The notes beneath the pieces are model-generated. The model did not search any database and was not told the origin of the DNA. It saw only the letters and a list, made by a program, of their open reading frames with translations. From Clostridiales bacterium (GTDB taxonomy: Bacteria > Bacillota > Clostridia > DUOD01): a DNA stretch of 64,000 nucleotides. The position numbers were made by a program, and so were the translations under genes. Location: contig DUOD01000034.1 in NCBI GenBank assembly GCA_012838995.1, positions 3,079-67,078 on the forward strand, read 5' to 3'. Positions within the stretch are counted from its first letter, which is position 1. The number at the start of each line of letters is the position of its first letter. Below are positions 9,201-14,191 of this stretch, piece by piece.

Positions 9201-11688
9201 TATTACTTTGGTTGCCATAAGGGGCGGTATCGGCAGCAGTAACAATTATCTGGATATAGATTCTTCCTTTAGCGCGGGAGGCAGGGTAGACGTTCAAAGC
9301 TCCATGGGCGTATACCTAAGGGAAGTTTCGGGCGACATGGCCATAGGCTTGATACAAAGCCCGAGGGATGTACATCTAATGGGAGTTGGAGGCATAAGAA
9401 GTGCCCAGGGACAAAACAATATAAGAGCCTCAATGCTGTGGTTTGATATACCGTCAGGTTTCGGCACGGCCCAACGTCCGATTATGACCAATGTAGGTCA
9501 ATTAGAGGGCAGGTCAAGAAACGGTTCCATATGGCTAATAAACACCGGCGACCTAACCCTAGGCTTGGTAGAGGCCGGTGGAGAGATAGACCTTACCGTT
9601 ATGGGTAGGCTGGTAAACGGCAGTGGTTCGGGACTGAACGTAAGGGCAGCCACGTTCCGCTTCCGTGCCACTTCAGGCGTGGGTAGTGCCCAAAGACCCA
9701 TAAACACCATGGTAAGCAACTTAGAAGGCAGGGTAACGAACGGCGATATTTGGATTTTCAACAACGGAACGGTAACCCTGGGGACCATGGAAAACAGCGG
9801 CGATGTAAACCTCAGGGTGAGCGGAAGTGTTCTGGCCCAGAGCGGTGCCGGTGTTAATATAAGGGCCAATAGGCTGTGGATTTATACCACATCGGGCATA
9901 GGCACGTCCCAGGCACCGCTGAGGACGGCGGTAAGTTACCTGGAGGGTAGCGGTGGCACAGCATCAATATGGATAACCAATACCGGTGATCTGACTGTGG
10001 GTTTTGTAGACGCAAATAAAGATATATATCTTACTACTACCGGTCGGCTGCTGGGCGGATCAGGCAATGCCGTAAATATATCCGCCAACAGGTTCTGGTT
10101 CAACGCCGATTCCGGCGTGGGTACTCAGCAAAGTCCGCTGAGGACCATGGTAAATTATCTGGCCGGTACCGGCCGACGAGGAGTTATAAACATTATCAAT
10201 AGCGGACGGTTAATCATAGGCGGTATTGGAAACGGAACGGGTCTCCAGGCAGGAAGCGGTATTAATGTAACCGCCGAAAGTCCGTTGATGGTAATGGATA
10301 ACTTAAGATCAACAGGTGATATAGTCCTGACAGCCCAAGACTCTTCCGGCTTAGGTGATGACATAACGGTAAGGAGTGGGGTATCTATAACCTCATCTTC
10401 CGGAGCGGTTACCCTTAGGGCGGGGGATGACATAGTAATCCATCCAGGAAGCACCATCCGGGCTGCCGGGCGGGTAATCCTCTTTGCAGACTATGGTAAC
10501 GCAGATGCAGGCATGGGTTCTACCGTATATATTAGGGGTAGCATAACGGCCCAAAGGTTACAGATAGAAGGTAATAACGATAACGATGTTTTCTATATAG
10601 CCACAGGCTCTATCACCTGTCCGGTATATGTATACGGTATGGGAGGAAGCAACTTGTTCGTAGTCAAAGCCCAAGACTTCTCATCACCAATGTATATGTA
10701 TGGCGGCAATGGGGATGACAGGTTCGATATAAACGGAAGCGGTTTGAAGAACAAACTGGTATTAGACGGCAGGTCGGGCGCCGATGCCTATAACATTCGT
10801 ATAAGCGGTGCCGGTCGATATACGATAGACGTAACGGATACCGGCAACGACGGCAGTACCGACAAGCTCACCATAAGGGGATCGTCTTCATCCAACACCT
10901 TCCTGCTCCGTCGAGGCTTTGTAGCGGTAGGAAGCGGTTCGAACTTGACGGAAAGGATTAACTATAACGGCAATATAGAATTACTGGAGATTTACGGTGG
11001 AGGCAGCAATAACAGGTTCTACTTGGATGATAACAGTACCCATACCAAGATATATGGCGGCAGTGGCAATAATTTCTTCCAGATAGGACAGATGTATGGA
11101 TTTGATCGCAACGGTTTAGGTGCAAGGGCTTCGAGCTACAGAGACGATGTAAGTACCATACAGACCACCCGGGGTTATTTGAGCAACGGAATAAGCTATG
11201 AAACGTATATTTTCGGCGGCAGCGGAAATGACACCTTCTCGGTATACTCCAACAAAGCGCCTCTGTGGCTGTATGGCATGGGAGGAAGAAATACCTTTAT
11301 TATCCGTGCCTTTGCTCTGGCCCAGAGGGCGGAAGACGGAAGTGTAATGTATAACATGAATGCCCCGTTGTATATAGAAGGCGGTAAAGACGATAATATA
11401 ATAATTGTGGGTACGGAATTCGGTAGGGATTTCGATTTATCACAAGGTGGCGTGTCAGGCATGGGACTTAACCTGACCATGAAGGGAGTAGAAAATGTCG
11501 AGGTTGTCCGTGACTTGCCCTTAGAACCCGGTTTAGGGCTGGACGGCGAGAGCTTGGGCACCTTGCCCGAAACACCCTTTATGTATAGAGATGTGGTAAC
11601 ATATACCGTCATTGCCGTTGCGGCTGCGTTGGCTGTTCTGTACTTCATACTGCGACGAAAACGCAGATTGGCATCTAAGGAGGTATAG
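1..11688 (+). CDS. giant repetitive cell-surface protein (beta-helix/adhesin-like); 5' end lies upstream of the window
   Basis: The reading frame is uninterrupted from the window edge to TAG at 11686-11688 (3,893 codons from the first in-window Met at 7, and no stop in codons 1-6). The composition is G/A/S/N/T/V-rich. There are three repeat regimes and GGxGxD-like motifs near the C-terminus. The last 41 aa read LPETP, a 9-aa spacer, an 18-aa hydrophobic helix, then RRKRRLASKEV. Confidence 0.85.
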   Translation, partial: ESMVAGKLTGLNISSYLNETSADSLNKTRAYIGTGAEVTADNDITISARDNTKVSILAGGASAGTVGVGGGVGIATVNTTTEAFAGNNSKLWAGRNITIEAVNQADGGTQYSVIAFGGGAGLVGGIGASVAYLDVNNTVRSYIGTGAQVSKANELKVNSTVNNTLKAEAVGASGGVNGAVGASLARANLTGRAESYLGNSVSVQQTVSINVRSQWISDINATSWAGAFGIGASGNGAVALASADPIVSAYFGNNVNINTSGSINILSQSEINVYSKTFGVSVGAVNVGASVSEARIAPVVSAYIGSGNVKAGGGIRLESLHNSQSNGATVDKGATAEAEASGGSLVGGTGAHAKAISSADVYTYTGSGSVLEAGQSIAIRGISYNKAVSKAYGITGGLVAAVGAALADATTDGITRAYMNGRVNNGSAFQVVVQGFDTASAESWAAAGGIAAGSGNHAKATVSPIVESYLGNGAVVVVSGNVEVIAHGIANAYARTWGVSAGAATVGVSLAHAVISSEVSAYFGNNVSVNAGGDIIIKALHNYNFDGAKRGEKAQAVANASGGGALVGATGAEAKVSHTAQVNAYVGTGANVSAGRDVIIQALGNINGLASGDGNSGGVVGIGGVVVEVSNNGVIKAYIDSTTQNPSNVVAGRHLTVSVLGSSTPTATSEQAAGGIVSGGGSSANAVSQLQVNAYLGTSGGTFSSNTGNITVKARGDGSINAEAKGINVGGISVGASTASANWVATIGTSVGKGTALTAGNNIDIIAEHVNDWTRSYATTSTGNLVGGVGSNADVTAVSTVECSFGQNSSLQAGNNINIRSESWSVTEAEASGSAYGVAAAGITKATNILVDTTGVKTENGVSMEAGNDLNISALSTTKARKCHATGGAGGVAAGASTSADTDLNVLTTVILGAGSRLTADNINEILAQSSMDADGWAKIDTGGAVTFNRTQSNVDVYAVTQVEIANGCTVEGRDTYILAKVIRLYANSFAYSKTYAVHSKSEGISRLNVTSITNVVVRGATLRGGNTLEIRSRQDGIDTDSHSHGEIGAGATGSIITEGSNNLSIDSFVDVKSGSKLYSDDILVEAESPRDTAIYGKDAAAVAHTAVEYVTEFIEKVTTVVEKVVEKIVKWAPWPFNLIISWITKTVTRVIRETVKVVKEVILDSEVSSSTPGSFTSDNRINLEGDIYLGNAAGVSVIIDPDGTIHTSGTITAYRSGNEIIINPFTNQQMGVLKINSPRGAVTGNAVVHQNSIVSLLEIINNSNYHLRINGINLISDDLSKPSEYIYAEDGRDTINITYTTDITSMPIINIICTKAANIIIAGIIENMTGTVNINTAGGSVYFAPGGAIEAYILNMSAPLGNIGESPSKRAILRLYKKDSYNPTVNIEAGGNGYLDIQLREIRLTPSGDPIDNIKLGNIDVGGLLDILASQAHCWSINPEDGVVIVDAKGVYIVQTITSGNGLIIRLVSGDLHINGSIQTQDDGEIAVSGSIQRGQGSGPEIVAGNLVLTAGGDIGQSFGLVRIRLKSLAVINVIAGGNTYLHEVAGNINLGIVQSGGNVHLKAQGSILDNDNTGNAVVSGNDVTMEALSGTIGTKDGFVDILACGLLNATAKDGIYINQVDGLLNLGSINATHGNIWLKALKSILDNDNTDAVNIKGTDITLQSITGSIGTADNFLDIIAAGVLNAAAKDGIYIYEVEGTMDVDTVTSAEGDVYLKTAGSILDSNANDEANVIGKNITLVAITGGIGAIDNFLDIIAAGVLNATAKDGIYIYEVEGTMDVDTVTSAEGDIYLKAADSILDSNDNDDANVIGKNITLVAITGGIGDIDNFLDIVAAGVLNATAKDSIYIYEVFGTMDIGVVTSVEGDVYLKAKASILDSNDNDDVNVTGKNITLVSIIGSIGTLDNFLDIDSGISAAGKVDATALRSIYLYEEKGDLNVGLISSITGDIYLKAQGNITDHYNTDLVNVIGNNITLVAITGGIGTIDNFLDIIAKGVLNAAAVRDIFIYEIIGAMDVGVVTSTTGDVYLKAAGSVLDSMNTDTANVIGKNITLVSILGSIGKETNFLDVVATGVVNAAALGDIFIYEIIGNMDVGVVTSAVGDIYLRAEGSIMDGNDNDDANVMGKNITLEAINGGIGAIDNFLDIIAAGVLNATAKGGIYIYEVEGTMDVDVVTSEEGNVYLKAEGSILDSNDNDDANVIGRNITLVAITGSIGTLDNFLDVAAKGVLNATAKGGIYIFQVEGSLNLDVIESGTSDIYLKAKESILDANNNDEANIIGRNVTLEAINGGIGTLDNFLDVAAKGVLNAMTKGDIYIYEIAGTMNLGIVRSLSGDVHLMALEPIMDSNNNDNANIIGGNITLLAIKGGVGTLNNFLDIMSKGLVDVLATKSIYIYEVDSTMDLGLVISIDGDVYLKGLESILDGENKDNVNVIGNHITLVSLKGGIGTKDNFVNIVALGILNAKTVKSIYIYQMVGDMNLDVVTSTGGDVHLIAAENIVDANNNNSNNVIGRHITLVSETGGIGSSDNFLDIDSTDGKVDAQAVKDIFLVDTAGNLNVGVIKSTTGDIYLKANGYILDYHNNGKANIIGNNITLESIKGGVGNIDNLLDLDSAVGTKGEVNIKAAGGIYVQEVAGNLSIGQITSKTGDVYVKAAGHILDHDNTDGANIIGRSITLVSVTGGIGSIDNFLDIDSAANRGGKVDANAATHVYLHEIAGDMSLGNVNATTGDVYLKAQGSILDHDNNTKANAKGRNITLEAIKGGIGKLNNYMDVSATGKLTARATGSIYIYEVAGNMNLVLAVSNTGDVYLKAKGSILDSNGTNEADVIGNNIILESTQGGIGTSNNFLDINSAQSKSGRVDAAATGSIYLYETAGNLSIGLISSMAGDVYLSARGSIVDNNNNDMPNVVGRNLNLEAMGGIGTLGNFLDIRSAVSGAGKVDASAPSGIYLYQMAGNLAAGVIISSSGDVHLKARQSILDYNRTDAANVIGNNITFEAMDGGIGEVDNYLDISARAVLKATARGSIHIYEVAGVMNLDVVVSATGDVYFRAAGSILDYGNTQSANVIGNNITLVAIRGGIGSSNNYLDIDSSFSAGGRVDVQSSMGVYLREVSGDMAIGLIQSPRDVHLMGVGGIRSAQGQNNIRASMLWFDIPSGFGTAQRPIMTNVGQLEGRSRNGSIWLINTGDLTLGLVEAGGEIDLTVMGRLVNGSGSGLNVRAATFRFRATSGVGSAQRPINTMVSNLEGRVTNGDIWIFNNGTVTLGTMENSGDVNLRVSGSVLAQSGAGVNIRANRLWIYTTSGIGTSQAPLRTAVSYLEGSGGTASIWITNTGDLTVGFVDANKDIYLTTTGRLLGGSGNAVNISANRFWFNADSGVGTQQSPLRTMVNYLAGTGRRGVINIINSGRLIIGGIGNGTGLQAGSGINVTAESPLMVMDNLRSTGDIVLTAQDSSGLGDDITVRSGVSITSSSGAVTLRAGDDIVIHPGSTIRAAGRVILFADYGNADAGMGSTVYIRGSITAQRLQIEGNNDNDVFYIATGSITCPVYVYGMGGSNLFVVKAQDFSSPMYMYGGNGDDRFDINGSGLKNKLVLDGRSGADAYNIRISGAGRYTIDVTDTGNDGSTDKLTIRGSSSSNTFLLRRGFVAVGSGSNLTERINYNGNIELLEIYGGGSNNRFYLDDNSTHTKIYGGSGNNFFQIGQMYGFDRNGLGARASSYRDDVSTIQTTRGYLSNGISYETYIFGGSGNDTFSVYSNKAPLWLYGMGGRNTFIIRAFALAQRAEDGSVMYNMNAPLYIEGGKDDNIIIVGTEFGRDFDLSQGGVSGMGLNLTMKGVENVEVVRDLPLEPGLGLDGESLGTLPETPFMYRDVVTYTVIAVAAALAVLYFILRRKRRLASKEV
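4515..9420 (+). repeat. 21 tandem in-frame repeats of 231-243 bp (77-81 aa) inside the giant ORF
   Basis: The consensus is NITL-x-A-I-x-GGIG-x-x-DNFLDI-x-A-x-GVLNA-x-AK-x-x-IYIYEV-x-G-x-M-x-x-x-VVTS-x-x-GDVYLKA-x-GSILD-x-N-x-ND-x-ANVIG. The antisense ORFs in the track at 5088, 5319 and 5550 recur every 231 nt. A 52-nt string at 6643-6694 repeats exactly at 6874-6925. Confidence 0.9.
9421..10293 (+). repeat. 4 tandem in-frame repeats of about 73 aa (second repeat family)
   Basis: The units begin IRASMLWFDIPSGFGTAQRP..., VRAATFRFRATSGVGSAQRP..., IRANRLWIYTTSGIGTSQAP... and ISANRFWFNADSGVGTQQSP... Each continues with ...LEG....G.IW..N.G.LT.G. Confidence 0.8.
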
Positions 11689-11793
11689 ACCGTAGGGTTT
11701 GGATAGCATATGCTAAAGTTCATTTAGAATTTTGGCAAACAGCGGGGAAAAGGCGGATGGTTTGGGCATTAAAATACACTCAGTCTTTTACCA

Positions 11794-11826
11794 GGCAGCG
11801 GTACCTATTTTGCCGTTGCCTTTTTC
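11794..11826 (+). terminator. putative intrinsic terminator after the giant ORF
   Basis: GGCAGCGG (11794-11801) pairs with CCGTTGCC (11813-11820), with one G-U pair. It is followed by TTTTT. Confidence 0.5.
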
Positions 11827-12101
11827 TTACTAAAACTTTTTGGGACCCAATTAGCGCTGGTATTACATAATTATCAGAAGTATAATAGAGATAATACATC
11901 CGGGTACAGTTTTTTTTCGATTAAAGTAAGAATATCCGTTTATAAGACAAAAGGAACCCTAAAAAATTTATGGGTAACGGATATAATGCTATACCTTTTT
12001 TATCATTACGGCAGGCTTGCCGCGGGAAAGATTATGCATCGAAAACTTGGCATAATACTGTTTTTACTCTGATGTATGTTTAAACAAAGGGAGGGAGCCC
12101 G

Positions 12102-12371
12102 ATGTTAAAAAACTATATGGAGGATGTGGTCAGCTTTTATCTGCCACTGGTCTTAAAGGATTTTAACGGTGATGTCTGTACTTGTGCCAAATGTCTGGAA
12201 GATATAAAAGCCATTGCGCTGAACAATTTGAAGCCCCATTATACTTCGACTAAAAATGGAAGGGTATATGCAAAACTCTATGAGCTTAATATGCAGTTTC
12301 AGGCCGATGTTATACAACAATTAACCAGGGCGGTGGATAAGGTATCAAAGAATCCCCGGCATTTTCTTTAA
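12102..12371 (+). CDS. ComFB-like (late competence development protein ComFB family) small protein
   Basis: The ORF is 89 aa with RBS AGGGAGGGAG upstream. It carries the family-typical C-x-C-x2-C cluster (DVCTCAKCLEDIKAIALNNLKPHY). Confidence 0.65.
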   Translation: MLKNYMEDVVSFYLPLVLKDFNGDVCTCAKCLEDIKAIALNNLKPHYTSTKNGRVYAKLYELNMQFQADVIQQLTRAVDKVSKNPRHFL

Positions 12372-12494
12372 AGGTACAATCTTTAAATAAATATTTTTTA
12401 TCCTTGCCTGTTATACAGTGGACGTTATACAATAAATATAGGCGTAATTAAGGTATTAAACAAATATTTGCGGGGAAAAGAGGTATAAAGTACT

Positions 12495-13685
12495 ATGGAA
12501 GTTAAAGCACCGGCCGGTTCCATGACCGATAGAGCAAGCAAGTCCAAGTGGGCTATTACGGTATGTCTTTTTCTTCTTATATTGGTATTTGCTGTTTCTT
12601 TTACGATGATAGGTCCGATGATGCCAATATTGATAAATAAATATGCCATAAAATGGTCACAAGGAGGATTGATATCCACCTTTCAGAGCATTGGCGGTAT
12701 TCTGGCCTTTGTTTTTGGAGGTCTATTGGCCGACAAAATGAAAAAAACCAAATTGATAGGTATTAGCTTTATCCTGTACATCCTTTCCCTGTTGTTGATA
12801 AGCCTTGCCCCTGTATATTTGGTGCTTTTGTGTCTGTTTTTTATTTTGGGTCTTGGTACCAACTTGTTAGATATATTGGCCAATGCCTATATTTCCGACC
12901 TCCATCCGGAAAGGCGGGGCGTAGTCTTAAATCTCCTGCATACCTTTTTTGGCGTGGGTGCCTTTATAGGGCCGTTATTCTCCAGCCTTCTCATAGAGCA
13001 GGGAGTACATTGGAATGTTGTATTTCGTATCCTGGGCATTGTATGTGGGGTTTTGCTGGTGCTGTTCATCATTATAACTTACACCATGCCGGTAAACACC
13101 CGGGAGGGTAGTCAAGAGGATAGTAAAAACGTCCTTAAGCTTTTTGCCATACCCAAGATGTGGATATTAGGCATAATTATGCTGTTATATACTGCCCATC
13201 AGGGCGGTATAAGTACGTGGTTGCCAACCTACATGGAAACCTCCCTTAAGTCCACTCCCTTACTTTCTGGAATGGGTCTTTCAGTTTTCTGGATAGGTAT
13301 TATACTGGGAAGGTTGGCCTGCTCAAAACTTACCCAGCGTTTTTCTCCAAAGAAGCTTATTATATGGGGCGGGCTGGCAGGAGGTATTGTTCTCACCCTT
13401 GGCCTGTTGACCAATTCTCCCATGGTATTGATCATAACTGCCGGATTGTCCGGATTGCTATCCGGTGCCTTTATTCCGCTGCTTATTACCATAGGCTGCG
13501 GGTGGTATCCGCAAAATTCCGGTGCAGTTTCTTCCATATTATTTTTGAAGTTTTCCATATCAAGGATGCTTTTTCCGTGGCTAATGGGCATTATTGCTGA
13601 AGTGTCCAATTTCAGATTGGGAATGCTGATAACCAGTATTACTCTTATCATTAGCTTCTTTATAGCCCTTGCAATCCCTGAATAA
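12495..13685 (+). CDS. MFS transporter
   Basis: The 396-aa protein has about 12 hydrophobic segments in a two-halves layout and a G-x-L-A-D-K-x-K-K loop after TM2. Confidence 0.75.
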   Translation: MEVKAPAGSMTDRASKSKWAITVCLFLLILVFAVSFTMIGPMMPILINKYAIKWSQGGLISTFQSIGGILAFVFGGLLADKMKKTKLIGISFILYILSLLLISLAPVYLVLLCLFFILGLGTNLLDILANAYISDLHPERRGVVLNLLHTFFGVGAFIGPLFSSLLIEQGVHWNVVFRILGIVCGVLLVLFIIITYTMPVNTREGSQEDSKNVLKLFAIPKMWILGIIMLLYTAHQGGISTWLPTYMETSLKSTPLLSGMGLSVFWIGIILGRLACSKLTQRFSPKKLIIWGGLAGGIVLTLGLLTNSPMVLIITAGLSGLLSGAFIPLLITIGCGWYPQNSGAVSSILFLKFSISRMLFPWLMGIIAEVSNFRLGMLITSITLIISFFIALAIPE

Positions 13686-13744
13686 GAGTTGAGTCTTATT
13701 TAATATTCCTTTGATAGATTTTTTATAAAATCTTAATTTCAATA

Positions 13745-13772
13745 TTGCAAAAGTAAAAAACAGTGCTATAAT
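13745..13772 (+). promoter_or_regulatory. sigmaA-like promoter (TTGCAA-16 nt-TATAAT)
   Basis: TTGCAA lies at 13745-13750 and TATAAT at 13767-13772. The nearest downstream + strand gene is clpB, about 420 nt away. Confidence 0.4.
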
Positions 13773-13780
13773 AAAATCAA

Positions 13781-13803
13781 GATCAAGGAAAGTCAAGGTC
13801 AAT
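13781..13803 (+). promoter_or_regulatory. CtsR-box-like heptad direct repeats
   Basis: The sequence is GATCAAG-GAA-AGTCAAG-GTCAAT, against the CtsR consensus RGTCAAA-NAN-RGTCAAA. It has 3 mismatches and sits immediately downstream of the -10 box. Confidence 0.3.
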
Positions 13804-14191
13804 AAAATATATGGATAATGATAACACCAAGGCTTTATAAAACACAATTATGCTAAAGTATAATTGTTTTAAAAGAGATTTTTTGAAAAAGGCTATATAG
13901 GGATGGTGAAGTCGTAAAATATGGCTGTATTTCTCCGTCGATTGTATGCTTAATTTACTTTTACGGAAGGCGGATTTTGATTTAAAAAGTGCGTAAATAG
14001 AGCAAACCGAAGTGCCGTTTCTTTGATTTGATATATTTTTTAGAGTGGCATTTTGGATTGCAATACGGAAAAATTATCAGGCGACAAGACAAGAGGAATA
14101 TGGACCCTATAAACCGCGGAATTAGGCCTTGAAAAAGCGGAAAACCGGTGTATTGACATTACCTTGGAAAAAGTAAAGGGGAGGCGAAGGA

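Noticed and set aside
4629-9297. A series of about 65-140 aa antisense ORFs inside the giant gene (e.g. 5088-5297, 5319-5522, 5550-5786, 6024-6254, 6486-6701), recurring with 231-nt spacing.
   Set aside because: They mirror the sense-strand repeat periodicity and have no RBSs. Their 'proteins' are repeats of each other only because the coding strand is repetitive. This is an artefact of a stop-poor reverse frame.
4515-9420. Regular 231-bp periodicity that could superficially suggest a CRISPR-like or satellite array.
   Set aside because: The whole array is in one long open frame with conserved amino-acid motifs and third-position variation. There is no short direct repeat plus unique spacer structure and there are no cas genes.
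10925-10945. GGTTCGAAC, a T-loop-like string that could hint at a tRNA.
   Set aside because: It lies within the giant ORF and has no flanking acceptor, D or anticodon stem complementarity.
11705-11716. Short palindromes downstream of the giant gene: TAGCATATGCTA at 11705-11716, and 9-bp inverted arms ATATCCGTT...AACGGATAT around 11933-11985.
   Set aside because: They are too short or widely spaced to distinguish from chance in AT-rich intergenic DNA. No associated regulator or conserved context is visible.
14151-14180. TTGACA close to the clpB start, as a proximal promoter.
   Set aside because: There is no acceptable -10 at 16-18 nt, and it would leave essentially no leader before the RBS.
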